64,000 bases of DNA from Clostridia bacterium (lineage in GTDB: Bacteria > Bacillota > Clostridia > Oscillospirales > CAG-272). Under the pieces are notes generated by a model. That model ran no database searches, was not told the origin of the DNA, and saw nothing but the letters and a program-made list of their open reading frames with translations. Both the position numbers and the translations under genes were made by a program. Positions 35,857-46,023 of this stretch are shown here, in pieces (position 1 is the stretch's first letter; every line of letters starts with the position of its first letter). The stretch lies in contig JAFTKN010000010.1 of assembly GCA_017453255.1 (NCBI GenBank), positions 88,458 to 152,457 on the forward strand, written 5' to 3'.

Positions 35857-37128
35857 ATGAAGGTATTAGTTGTAGGTGGCGGTGGAAGAGAACACGCTAT
35901 TATAAGAAAACTTAAAGAGAATAAATCTATTGAGGAAATTCACGCATTGCCTGGAAATGGTGGCATGCACAGGGATGCTAAGTTAATCAATGTTGGTGCT
36001 AAGGATATTGATGGTATTGTCAAATATGCTAAGGAAAACCAAATTGATTATGCAGTGGTTGCACCTGATGACCCACTTGTGTTAGGATGTGTTAATGCAC
36101 TTAATGAGATAGGTATTCCTGCATTCGGTCCTTCCAAGGAGGCTGCTATCATTGAAGGTAGTAAGGTTTTCTCTAAAAATTTAATGAAAAAGTATGGTAT
36201 TCCAACTGCTAAATATCAGGTTTTCTCTGATGCGAACGAGGCTTTGGAATATATTAAAACTGCACCAATTCCAACTGTTATTAAGGCAGATGGCTTGGCA
36301 CTTGGTAAGGGTGTTATTATTGCATTCACAAGAGAAGAGGCTGAGGAGGCTATCAACTCTGTTATGAATGATAAGAAGTTTGGTTCAAGTGGTGACAATA
36401 TAGTAATCGAAGAATTTTTAGAGGGCCCTGAGGTTTCAGTTCTTGCGTTTACAGATGGTAACTGCGTAAAACCAATGGTTTCTTCTATGGACCATAAGCG
36501 TGCACTTGATGGTGATAAGGGCCTTAATACAGGTGGTATGGGTACAGTAGCACCAAACCCTTACTATACTGAGAAAATAGCTGAGGAGTGTATGGAAAAG
36601 ATATTTATTCCTACCATTGAGGCTATGAAAAAGGAAAATCGTGAGTTTAGAGGTTGCTTATATTTTGGACTTATGCTTACCAAGGATGGTCCAAAGGTAA
36701 TTGAGTATAACTGTCGTTTTGGCGATCCTGAAACACAGGTTGTTTTACCTCTTCTTGAAAGTGATTTGTTTGAAATTATGCAAGCAACCACAAATGGTAC
36801 ACTTGCTGATTGCGAGGTTAAATTTTCAAATAAGAACGCTTGCTGTGTAATTATGGCGTCCAAGGGTTATCCAGAAAAGTATCAAAATGGATATGAAATG
36901 GAAATTCCATCTGATATTGAAAAGGATATATATGTTGCTGGTGCAAAATATGAAAATGAAAAGCTATATTCTAATGGTGGTCGAGTTTTAGGCGTGACTC
37001 ATGTTGCAAATACACTTAAAGATGCTATTGATGGAGCATATAGCAAGGTTAAAAAAATTAAATTCGATAATGCTTTTTATAGACACGATATCGGTGCAAG
37101 AGCGTTAATGGCTACGGAGGAAAAATAA
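35857..37128 (+). CDS. purD: phosphoribosylamine-glycine ligase
   Basis: MKVLVVGGGGREHA start, ATP-grasp core, EYNCRFGDPE motif. Confidence 0.95.
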   Translation: MKVLVVGGGGREHAIIRKLKENKSIEEIHALPGNGGMHRDAKLINVGAKDIDGIVKYAKENQIDYAVVAPDDPLVLGCVNALNEIGIPAFGPSKEAAIIEGSKVFSKNLMKKYGIPTAKYQVFSDANEALEYIKTAPIPTVIKADGLALGKGVIIAFTREEAEEAINSVMNDKKFGSSGDNIVIEEFLEGPEVSVLAFTDGNCVKPMVSSMDHKRALDGDKGLNTGGMGTVAPNPYYTEKIAEECMEKIFIPTIEAMKKENREFRGCLYFGLMLTKDGPKVIEYNCRFGDPETQVVLPLLESDLFEIMQATTNGTLADCEVKFSNKNACCVIMASKGYPEKYQNGYEMEIPSDIEKDIYVAGAKYENEKLYSNGGRVLGVTHVANTLKDAIDGAYSKVKKIKFDNAFYRHDIGARALMATEEK

Positions 37129-40100
37129 TGGTTTATCGCATTTATGTAGAGAAGAAGGAAGGGCTTCAAAATGAGGCAAATGCGCTCTTAAGCGAGCTTA
37201 AAACCTTTCTTGGAATTAATAGTGTAGAAAAAATTAGAATTTTTAATCGCTATGATGCTGAAAATATTACAGAAGAGCTTTTTGATTATGCGGTTAAAAC
37301 TGTATTTTCTGAGCCACAGCTTGATAATGCATCAAAGACAATAGATACAAATGGTGCAATAGTATTTGCAACTGAGTATTTACCTGGTCAATTTGACCAG
37401 AGAGCTGATTCTGCAGCTCAATGTATCCAGCTTATCTCACAGGGAGAAAAGCCAGTAATTCAAAGTGCAAGGGTATATGCACTTTATGGTTCTATCTCAG
37501 ATGATGAGATTGCAAAGATTAAGAAACATGTAATCAACCCAGTTGAAGCAAGAGAGGCTTCTCTTGAGGAAAAAGAAACATTAAAGACTGAATATGATAT
37601 TCCTACAACTGTAAAGACGCTTGATGGCTTTATCGAGCTTGATGAGAAGGGACTTAGTGAGTTTGTTAAATCCTATGGTCTTGCAATGGATCTTGATGAT
37701 ATTAAGTTCTGTCAAGCATATTTTAAAACTGAAAAAAGAAATCCAACTATCACCGAGATCAGAATGATAGATACATATTGGTCTGACCACTGTCGTCATA
37801 CAACGTTTTCAACAACTATTGATAGTGTAAAGTTCCACGATGAGCTTCTTGAAAGAACATATCAAGAATATCTTGATACAAGAAAAGAGCTTGGTAGAAC
37901 GAAGCCTATTAATCTTATGGATATTGCTACACTTGCTGTTAGATATCTTAAAAAGGAAGGAAAGCTTGCTAAACTCGATGAAAGCGAAGAGATTAATGCT
38001 TGTACTGTAAAAATTGATGTAGAAATAGATGGAGAAACAGAAAAGTGGTTATTATTATTTAAGAATGAAACACATAACCACCCAACAGAAATTGAGCCAT
38101 TCGGTGGCGCTGCAACTTGCATTGGTGGTGCTATTCGTGACCCACTTTCTGGTCGTTCATATGTATATGGTGCTATGCGTCTTACTGGTGCTGCTAATCC
38201 ACTTAAGCCAGTTTCTGAAACTATTGAGGGCAAGCTTCCACAAAGAAAAATAGTAACGACTGCAGCTGCAGGTTATTCATCATATGGTAACCAAATTGGT
38301 CTTGCTACAGGTATAGTTGACGAAATTTATCATGATGGATATGCTGCTAAGCACATGGAGGTTGGTGCAGTTATTGCTGCAGCTCCTGCTAAAAATGTTA
38401 GACGTGAGGTACCTAGCGACGGCGATATTGTAGTATTGCTTGGTGGCAGAACAGGACGTGATGGCTGTGGTGGTGCTACTGGTTCATCTAAATCACATAC
38501 AGTTGAATCACTCGAAAGCTGTGGTGCCGAGGTTCAAAAGGGTAATGCACCTGAGGAAAGAAAGCTCCAAAGACTTTTCAGAAATTATGATGCTTGTAGA
38601 ATGATTAAGCGTTGTAATGACTTTGGTGCAGGTGGTGTTTCTGTTGCTATTGGTGAGCTTGCTGATGGTCTTTTAATCGACCTTAATGCAGTTCCCAAAA
38701 AGTATGACGGACTTGATGGTACGGAGCTTGCAATTAGTGAATCTCAAGAGAGAATGGCAGTTGTAATTGAAAAAGAGAACAAGGACAAGTTCCTTGAGCT
38801 TGCAAATAAGGAGAATCTTGAGGCAACAGTGGTTGCACAAATTACTGCTGAACCAAGACTTAGAATGATTTGGAATGGTAAGACTATTTGTGATATTAGC
38901 CGTGAGTTTTTAAATTCTAATGGTGCTGAAAAGCATATAGATATTGAATGTAACAAGGTCCAATGCTATAAGAAAGAAATTCCAGATAGCTTTATAGAAG
39001 GTATGAAATCAGTTGTTTCTGACCTTAATGTTTGTTCAAAAAGAGGTCTTAGCGAGCGATTCGACTCTACAATCGGTGCAGGTACAGTTCTTATGCCATT
39101 TGGTGGTAAAAATCAGCGTACACCTATTCAAGCAATGGTACAAAAGGTTTCCGTTGAAAAGGCGCACACAAATGATTGTTCATTTATGTCTTGGGGTTAT
39201 AATCCATATATATCTGAAAAGAGCCCATATCATGGCGCTTATTTAGCGGTTGTTGAATCTGTTTCGAAGCTAATTGCAACAGGTGCAAAATATGAGGATG
39301 TTTATTTAACTTTCCAAGAATATTTTGAAAAGCCTACAAAAGATTCTACCCGTTGGGGTAAGCCTTTATCTGCACTTTTAGGTGCGTTCAAGGCACAAAA
39401 AAATCTTGGTATAGGTTCAATTGGTGGTAAGGACTCAATGAGTGGTTCATTTGAAAAGCTTGATGTTCCTCCAACACTTATTTCCTTTGCAGTAACAATG
39501 GGTAAAACAGATGATGTTATTTCTCCAGAGTTTAAGAAAGTGGGCAACAAGGTTGTAATTTTGAAGCCTGAATACGATGACAATCACTTACCTGTAACTG
39601 AGTCACTCCTTAATGTTTATGATAAGGTGACAGCTCTTGCAAGAGAAGGTAAGGTTGTAAGTGCATATACACCTACAATCGGCGGTGTTGCTGAGGCTAT
39701 TTATAAGATGGCTATTGGTAATGGCTTTGGCTTTGAATTTGATAGTTCTGTTTCACTTGATGAGATATTTGGCTATAATTACGGCGCATTTATTCTTGAA
39801 TTAACAGATGATACAAATATCGGTACTTACTTAGGTAAGGTAACAGAAAACAATGCTATTTCTTATAGAAACAACAGTGCTTGTATGTGTACTCTCAATG
39901 AGGCATATGAGGGTAAGCTTGAAAGCGTATATTCATGCAACATTAAATATAATGAAGAAAAGCCTGAAACAGTTTCATTTAATACTGACAAGCGTTTTGG
40001 TGCAAATATTAAGGTTGCTAAGCCAAAGGTACTTATTCCTGTATTCCCAGGTACCAACTGTGAGTTTGATTCTGCAAAGGTTATGAATGATGCAGGCGCT

Positions 40101-40817
40101 GAAAGTGAGATATATGTAATCAATAATCTAAGCGCAGAAGGAATAAAGAGAAGCGCAGAGGAATTTGCAAAGAAGGTAAATGAGTCTCAAATGATCTTTA
40201 TCCCTGGTGGATTTTCTGGTGGTGATGAGCCTGATGGATCTGGTAAGTTTATTACAGCATTCTTCCGTGGCTCTGATGTTAAGAACGCAGTAGGAGATCT
40301 TCTTGATAATAGGGGAGGCCTAATGTGTGGTATCTGTAATGGTTTTCAAGCTCTCGTTAAATTAGGACTTGTACCTTATGGTAAAATTATTGATACAGAT
40401 GAAAGCTGTCCAACTTTGACTTTTAACAATATTTCAAGACACCAGTCTAAAATTGTAAGAACAAGAATTGCTTCAAATATGTCACCATGGCTATATGAAT
40501 GTAACGTTGGCGATATAATCAATGTAGCCATTTCTCATGGTGAAGGAAAGTTTTTGGCTAATGATGAAACTATTAAACAGCTTATAGCTAATGGTCAAAT
40601 TGCTACTCAGTATGTTGACCTTGAAGGTAACGCAACATATGATATTCAATATAATCCAAACGGCTCAATATTGGCTATTGAGGGTATTACCTCACCTGAT
40701 GGTAGAGTATTTGGTAAAATGGGTCACTCTGAGCGTATCGGTAGTGGACTTTACAAGAACGTTTATGGTGAATACGATATCAAGATGTTTAAATCCGCTG
40801 TTAAGTTCTTTAAATAA
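37128..40817 (+). CDS. purL: phosphoribosylformylglycinamidine synthase, single-chain large form
   Basis: 1229 aa. PurS-like N-terminus, twin PurM-like synthetase repeats (NHPTEIEPFGGAATCIGG), and C-terminal class-I glutaminase with GICNGFQ nucleophile elbow and HGEG. Start overlaps the purD stop (TAATG). Confidence 0.95.
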   Translation: MVYRIYVEKKEGLQNEANALLSELKTFLGINSVEKIRIFNRYDAENITEELFDYAVKTVFSEPQLDNASKTIDTNGAIVFATEYLPGQFDQRADSAAQCIQLISQGEKPVIQSARVYALYGSISDDEIAKIKKHVINPVEAREASLEEKETLKTEYDIPTTVKTLDGFIELDEKGLSEFVKSYGLAMDLDDIKFCQAYFKTEKRNPTITEIRMIDTYWSDHCRHTTFSTTIDSVKFHDELLERTYQEYLDTRKELGRTKPINLMDIATLAVRYLKKEGKLAKLDESEEINACTVKIDVEIDGETEKWLLLFKNETHNHPTEIEPFGGAATCIGGAIRDPLSGRSYVYGAMRLTGAANPLKPVSETIEGKLPQRKIVTTAAAGYSSYGNQIGLATGIVDEIYHDGYAAKHMEVGAVIAAAPAKNVRREVPSDGDIVVLLGGRTGRDGCGGATGSSKSHTVESLESCGAEVQKGNAPEERKLQRLFRNYDACRMIKRCNDFGAGGVSVAIGELADGLLIDLNAVPKKYDGLDGTELAISESQERMAVVIEKENKDKFLELANKENLEATVVAQITAEPRLRMIWNGKTICDISREFLNSNGAEKHIDIECNKVQCYKKEIPDSFIEGMKSVVSDLNVCSKRGLSERFDSTIGAGTVLMPFGGKNQRTPIQAMVQKVSVEKAHTNDCSFMSWGYNPYISEKSPYHGAYLAVVESVSKLIATGAKYEDVYLTFQEYFEKPTKDSTRWGKPLSALLGAFKAQKNLGIGSIGGKDSMSGSFEKLDVPPTLISFAVTMGKTDDVISPEFKKVGNKVVILKPEYDDNHLPVTESLLNVYDKVTALAREGKVVSAYTPTIGGVAEAIYKMAIGNGFGFEFDSSVSLDEIFGYNYGAFILELTDDTNIGTYLGKVTENNAISYRNNSACMCTLNEAYEGKLESVYSCNIKYNEEKPETVSFNTDKRFGANIKVAKPKVLIPVFPGTNCEFDSAKVMNDAGAESEIYVINNLSAEGIKRSAEEFAKKVNESQMIFIPGGFSGGDEPDGSGKFITAFFRGSDVKNAVGDLLDNRGGLMCGICNGFQALVKLGLVPYGKIIDTDESCPTLTFNNISRHQSKIVRTRIASNMSPWLYECNVGDIINVAISHGEGKFLANDETIKQLIANGQIATQYVDLEGNATYDIQYNPNGSILAIEGITSPDGRVFGKMGHSERIGSGLYKNVYGEYDIKMFKSAVKFFK

Positions 40818-40830
40818 ATAATTATGAAAT

Positions 40831-40864
40831 AAGCACTTTTTCAATTCGAAAGAGTGCTTTTTTT
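40831..40864 (+). terminator. intrinsic terminator after purL
   Basis: AAGCACTTTTTC-aattc-GAAAGAGTGCTT followed by a T-run. Confidence 0.8.
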
Positions 40865-40885
40865 GTAAAAAAACAAAATTTACAA

Positions 40886-40929
40886 ATATTTAACAAATTG
40901 AATTACAATGAATAGGATTTGTTAAATAT
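40886..40929. repeat. 13-bp perfect inverted repeat with 18-nt spacer
   Basis: ATATTTAACAAAT (40886-98) and ATTTGTTAAATAT (40917-29) are exact reverse complements. Located in the long AT-rich region upstream of the LRR gene. Confidence 0.8.
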
Positions 40930-41042
40930 AAACAAAAACAAATTTATTCCTAAAAAATTCAAGACTGTAAATTCAAGCATTTAAATGAATAAGAAATTCT
41001 ATTATTTTTATTTCTTTGTGCAAAAGTAACAAATATCACTTA

Positions 41043-41058
41043 TTTTTTTTTTTTTTTT
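41043..41058 (+). repeat. homopolymeric T16 tract
   Basis: Sixteen consecutive T residues counted directly at 41043-41058, 7 nt upstream of the -35 hexamer of the LRR-protein promoter. Confidence 0.95.
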
Positions 41059-41065
41059 GTGCGAC

Positions 41066-41094
41066 TTGACAAATAAACGATCATAAAATATAAT
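41066..41094 (+). promoter_or_regulatory. perfect-consensus sigma-A promoter of the LRR surface-protein gene
   Basis: TTGACA (41066-71), 17 nt, TATAAT (41089-94). A T16 tract lies 7 nt upstream, in the UP-element position. Confidence 0.7.
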
Positions 41095-41128
41095 GTAATT
41101 GTTAAATTTTACAAATAGGAGAAAAAAT

Positions 41129-44100
41129 ATGAAAAAGAGAATTGGTATTTTATTAGCAATCGCTTTAGTTTTTGTATGCATATTTGCAATTACTGCCTTT
41201 GCTGATGAAGCAACTGAAACAATTACCATTTCTTATATGAACACTCAAGAGACCACAAGTGATACAACATCTCTTGATACAGGTGCATATGAGGGTGGTA
41301 AGCAAACAGTAACAGCAGGGGAAAAGTTTACCCTGCCAACAACGTCCTCAAGCTCCTATGCAGGACAAGAGGGCTTCCAGCTTGTATGGTACACCGAAAA
41401 TGGTCGTACATATAAGGCGGGTGAAGAGGTATCCTTTGACAAGGATACAAAGCTATTTAGAGCAGTAGCAAAGGAGTGCTACACTCTAACAGACGTTAAT
41501 TATGCTATGGCAAATGAAAGCACAGCAGCTATTTTGATGGCTGATATTTCAGCATCGAGCTCTATTAGCGTAAGGGGTGAGGGACAATCAGTTCTTATTC
41601 TTAACGGCTTTACAATTAATTTATCCAAAAACTCTGGTGGCTTTATGGGTGCTCAACGTTCTGGTAAGCATATTTACGGCGAGGGTACAATTAATGCAAC
41701 AAACTCAGACGGCAAGCTTGGAAGCTATTATTTCTTCCAAGACCAATCTCATGGTTACAACGGCACTGCCAATAAAACTGTAATCGGTGTTGACGTAACA
41801 ATCAACTGTCCAACAATGTGGTTAGGTGCTGATGGTGACGGTTCATATAATAACCACTACCCATGGACAAGAATCTATGGTAAGGTTAACTGCTATGGTT
41901 TGATTAGCATTTCTGCAACAGGTAACAGAGCACCAATGGTTGAAATTTTCGACGGTGCAAACGTAACAATAACTGGTCCTTCACTATTCAAGGATAACGC
42001 TTGGAGAACAAATAGCTCATACACCTTCAACCATCAAGCCTTTGAGCTTAGAATTTATGGTGGTACACTCAACCTACCAGCTGAGGCAACAACAGAGGAG
42101 TTCTGGACTAACGACAATAAGGAAAGCTATGTAGACGGAACGACTAATTACTATAATTATGGGCTTACAAAAAATACACAGGACGTAATCAAAATCTTTG
42201 GTGGCTCCTTTGTATTGCCTGACGATGCAGTTCCTGCAATTTCAGATTACTTGGTAACAGACTGGATTGGTTCAATTCCAAATGGTGGTAATGGATTGGT
42301 TAATAATAGCAACACCTCAACCTACTACGTTTGCTATATGAACAGACCTGGCTATAAGCTCGTCTTTGAAAAGTACACAATAGCAGAGGGTGCTTATGGA
42401 AAGCTAACAGTTACAGACTACATCGATGGCTCACTCTCAGGTACCTATTACTATCAAATGACAACAGGTACAATTGAGTTTGTTGATCCATATTATGCTG
42501 TACACGATACTTCAAAGCAAAACATTACGCAAAACACTATTGATGAAATTATAGTATATGAACTAAATTCAGAAACAAGTGAATATACAGTAACTGATAA
42601 ATTCCAGCTTGATTTTGGAATGGGCAACACGATACTATTTAAAAATAGTATAACAACAGAAGACAAAAAGCTTCAAAATCTTGAGGCTAACAGTACAATA
42701 TTCCAGGTTGTAGTACCTGCTGATTGTGAGCACAGCTTTTCAGGTGAGCCACTTGAGGCTACATGTGAGCATGGTGCTTATGCAGATTATAACTGTACCG
42801 TATGTGGACACAACGTGTACTTTAGCTGGGGCGATAAGCTTGATCATGAATATGCTCTTGGCGAGCATATTCAAGCCACCGCAACAAGCCTTGGCTCAAA
42901 GACATATACCTGTTCAATGTGTAACAACACAGTTGAAAAAGCATATTCAATTGACCCAACAGGCTTAGAGGTTTCAGTTACAATCAGAAATGATGACGGT
43001 ACATTTGAGAATATAACAGTTTTAGCAAGCGAAATCTTTGATTTTGCAACATCAGGCTCAGGTGGAGATTATATTTACACACTTTCTGCCATAAAGACCT
43101 TTGGTAGCTACAATATTCGTAATATTTATGGCGTAACTATTCCAAAGGGTATTCTCTATATGAATATTACATCTCATAACTACGAAAAGTACAACAATGT
43201 TGAATACGGCGTTGCAATACTCACTATCGGCGAGGGCTCAACAATACAAATTCAAAACATTGGTAACCTAAGAAGAGTTGAAAAGATAGTAGTAGAGAAG
43301 AATACAGATGTTACATTTGCACCAAGCTGTAGCTACTACAATCCTAGCAACGAAAGACGTGATATGCAAATTATCAACGAGATTGATCTTTCAGCAGGAA
43401 GCCATACAGTTACATTTATGTCTAACGCATTTGATGGCAGAGGAAAGATTGCTACTCTTACCTTTGGCGAAAACGCAATCTATAACTTTGGTCACAAAGC
43501 GTTTAACAACTGTGCAATCTTAGAGCTTGATTTTCTACCAAGCAGTGAGTTTAATTTCACAAGCACGCATGCATTCTACGGTAACGATATGTCAGAGCTT
43601 GTTTTGCCAGATAACCTTGATATGACATTTAATGAGAGAACCTTTGAAAATTGTCCAAATCTAACAACAGTTACCTTTGGTAAGGGCTCAACCTACGTGA
43701 TTGGAAGCCAATGCTTCTTATATTGCCCAATTGAATCTGTTAAGCTAACAGCAGGTAGCACATATACAATCAGCTCACAGGCGTTTATGAATAAGGCTTT
43801 AACCGAACTTGATATGAGCGCAGGCGATATGACTGTAACGCTTAACGCAAGTGCATTCAATTGCTGGCATAGTAATGCAGATTACGCAAATGTTACTTCA
43901 ATTAAATTTGGTCCTAACTCTACTTACTATATTGGTAAGGAAGCACTTGCGCGTGTTGACGTTGAAACGCTTACACTTGCTGCAAATTCAACCTATACCT
44001 TTGTAGGGTATGCAATTAACAACTGTACAACACTTATAACTATTGATGCAAGTGCAGAGGGAATTGTTGCAACATGGAATGGCAATGCCTTGAGAGACAG

Positions 44101-45865
44101 AACAACACTAACATCAATTTTATTAGGTAAAAACGGAAATCATATTTTCCACGACTCAAGCTTCTATAATACAGGTGTAACCGAGCTTGTGCTTGGAGAA
44201 GACTCAACTTATGTATTCAAGAGTAATTGCTTCAACAACTCAACTCCACTTGCAAAAATTGATGCAAGCGCTTCTAATCTAAATGTTACTATGGAGCAAA
44301 ATGCATTCGACTCAAAGGGTGCCCTTGAAACACTACTTATCAATGGCGAGAATTCAACCTATAGCTTTGGCAATTACGCTTTCAAGAAGACAATTATCAA
44401 GGACCTAACCTTAGGAGAGGGCTCAACCTATACCTTTGGATATAAGTGCTTTGACGAAAGCACAGCAATTGCTACTATCGACGCAAGTGCTCCTAATATG
44501 AATGTAACCTTTAAGAATGAATCATTCACAAACAGAACCTCTCTTGTAAGCCTAAAGCTTGGTAAGAATTCTACTTATTCAATTGAAAGGTATGCATTTA
44601 ATAATACAAATCTTGCAAACGATATTGTATTTGCTTCAAGCTCAGTCTTCTCAATTGGCGAAAAGGCATTTTATAGCACAGCCTTCTCCTCAATTACCTT
44701 CGAGGACAACTGCAATGTAACCTTTACTGGTGGTAATGCTTTCCAAGAAAATGACCAAGCAACATACTTGTACATTGGTAAGAATATTGCAATAACTAAC
44801 TATCCATTCAAAAACCTCAAGAATCTCGAAAAGCTAATTATTATGGATGGCGTAACACACGCAAATGAATATGAATTTGAAGGTGCAGGCTCAAGTGACT
44901 TTGCTACTCCACTTGTAGTATATAACCACTCGTCCGAGCTTGTATTCAACAAGGGCATGTTCAATAACTGTGATGGTGTAGTTCTTTACACAATAACCGA
45001 TAATATCGGCACAAGATCAGACGTGTTTATGAACTGTGCAGACGTTACAACAAGTGATGGAACAATCCCAGCTTGGACAGTAATTCTTGGCTTACCTCAT
45101 GCACTTGTTAAGAGTCAGGTTGACCCTACCTGTACAGAGGTTGGTGGCGAAATCTGGATTGGTGACGGTTGCCCTTGTGGTCTCGTAATCACAGAGGAAA
45201 CAGCTGTAAACGTATACGAGAAGAAGCATAACATTACAGATAGCACAGAGGCTACTCGTCAGGATATATATGTTGTTGATATAATTCCAGCAAACGGACA
45301 TACAAGGGGCGAATTAATTACTATTGTATATGATAATGGTTTCTTACAGTTAGGATATAAGCATTACGATTGTACAGTTTGTGAGGAAGATGATGTTGAC
45401 ACAGAAAATCCTCAAGGTCCAATATTCAAGGATTTGGGTTATTCGTGTTCTGAAACCTCATATGCTATGTCACATTCATTTGCAATCAATCATACTGTTT
45501 TAAGTGAATACAATAACTATGCAAATGATAATGTTAAGCTTGATACATATGGTCTTGTGGCAGCAAATGCGACCATAGTAACAAATGGAGCTCCATTTAC
45601 AAAGGTTGGCACTACCACAAGTGGTGCAGTATTTGTAGATTATTCTACCAGAACAAAATACGACATTATTGAAATGAGAGTAACTGGGCTAAAGAGTGGC
45701 GATAGTGATCATACTAATGTAGCTTTATATTGTACAGCTTATTATACAATTGGCGACACTATTTACTATATTGAAAACGGAGAGGAAAAGACTATTCTTT
45801 CTTCACCAGTAAGCTTCAATGATTTGAAGGAAGCTTACGAAAGCACTGGCGATAACGTCGAATAA
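41129..45865 (+). CDS. very large secreted/surface protein with BspA-type leucine-rich repeats and Cys-rich modules
   Basis: Signal peptide MKKRIGILLAIALVFVCIFAITAFA. At least ten approximately 45-aa units of the form ..G.NSTY.IG..AF.N...L..I.. Cys-rich modules flank the repeats (CEH..ATCEHG..CTVCGH; DPTCTEVGG..CPCG; YDCTVCEE). AGGAG lies 7 nt before ATG 41129. Confidence 0.8.
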   Translation: MKKRIGILLAIALVFVCIFAITAFADEATETITISYMNTQETTSDTTSLDTGAYEGGKQTVTAGEKFTLPTTSSSSYAGQEGFQLVWYTENGRTYKAGEEVSFDKDTKLFRAVAKECYTLTDVNYAMANESTAAILMADISASSSISVRGEGQSVLILNGFTINLSKNSGGFMGAQRSGKHIYGEGTINATNSDGKLGSYYFFQDQSHGYNGTANKTVIGVDVTINCPTMWLGADGDGSYNNHYPWTRIYGKVNCYGLISISATGNRAPMVEIFDGANVTITGPSLFKDNAWRTNSSYTFNHQAFELRIYGGTLNLPAEATTEEFWTNDNKESYVDGTTNYYNYGLTKNTQDVIKIFGGSFVLPDDAVPAISDYLVTDWIGSIPNGGNGLVNNSNTSTYYVCYMNRPGYKLVFEKYTIAEGAYGKLTVTDYIDGSLSGTYYYQMTTGTIEFVDPYYAVHDTSKQNITQNTIDEIIVYELNSETSEYTVTDKFQLDFGMGNTILFKNSITTEDKKLQNLEANSTIFQVVVPADCEHSFSGEPLEATCEHGAYADYNCTVCGHNVYFSWGDKLDHEYALGEHIQATATSLGSKTYTCSMCNNTVEKAYSIDPTGLEVSVTIRNDDGTFENITVLASEIFDFATSGSGGDYIYTLSAIKTFGSYNIRNIYGVTIPKGILYMNITSHNYEKYNNVEYGVAILTIGEGSTIQIQNIGNLRRVEKIVVEKNTDVTFAPSCSYYNPSNERRDMQIINEIDLSAGSHTVTFMSNAFDGRGKIATLTFGENAIYNFGHKAFNNCAILELDFLPSSEFNFTSTHAFYGNDMSELVLPDNLDMTFNERTFENCPNLTTVTFGKGSTYVIGSQCFLYCPIESVKLTAGSTYTISSQAFMNKALTELDMSAGDMTVTLNASAFNCWHSNADYANVTSIKFGPNSTYYIGKEALARVDVETLTLAANSTYTFVGYAINNCTTLITIDASAEGIVATWNGNALRDRTTLTSILLGKNGNHIFHDSSFYNTGVTELVLGEDSTYVFKSNCFNNSTPLAKIDASASNLNVTMEQNAFDSKGALETLLINGENSTYSFGNYAFKKTIIKDLTLGEGSTYTFGYKCFDESTAIATIDASAPNMNVTFKNESFTNRTSLVSLKLGKNSTYSIERYAFNNTNLANDIVFASSSVFSIGEKAFYSTAFSSITFEDNCNVTFTGGNAFQENDQATYLYIGKNIAITNYPFKNLKNLEKLIIMDGVTHANEYEFEGAGSSDFATPLVVYNHSSELVFNKGMFNNCDGVVLYTITDNIGTRSDVFMNCADVTTSDGTIPAWTVILGLPHALVKSQVDPTCTEVGGEIWIGDGCPCGLVITEETAVNVYEKKHNITDSTEATRQDIYVVDIIPANGHTRGELITIVYDNGFLQLGYKHYDCTVCEEDDVDTENPQGPIFKDLGYSCSETSYAMSHSFAINHTVLSEYNNYANDNVKLDTYGLVAANATIVTNGAPFTKVGTTTSGAVFVDYSTRTKYDIIEMRVTGLKSGDSDHTNVALYCTAYYTIGDTIYYIENGEEKTILSSPVSFNDLKEAYESTGDNVE

Positions 45866-45901
45866 AATGTTCAAGCATAGTATAAATTGTTAAACAAAAT
45901 T

Positions 45902-45932
45902 AAAATCACCGACTTTTGTCGGTGATTTTTTT
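45902..45932 (+). terminator. intrinsic terminator after the LRR protein gene
   Basis: AAAATCACCGAC-tttt-GTCGGTGATTTT followed by TTT. Confidence 0.85.
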
Positions 45933-46023
45933 GTCAAAACGCATAAAATATCTATTAAATTATTATAAATTTTATATAATATTAAAAAAAATAAAAAAAT
46001 ATCAAATTTTTTTAGAAAAACTA

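Noticed and set aside
41008-41229. 73-aa minus-strand ORF across the LRR-gene promoter
   Set aside because: It reads through the T16 tract (giving KKKKK), the -35/-10 boxes and the signal-peptide region of the real gene. It has no RBS.
45866-45900. Short motifs shared by both flanks of the LRR gene (TTCAAGCAT at about 40973 and about 45872; AATTGTTAAA at about 41098 and about 45887), considered as possible insertion-boundary repeats
   Set aside because: Exact matches are only 9-10 nt in very AT-rich DNA, so the expected chance frequency over 64 kb is not negligible. No integrase or transposase is nearby.
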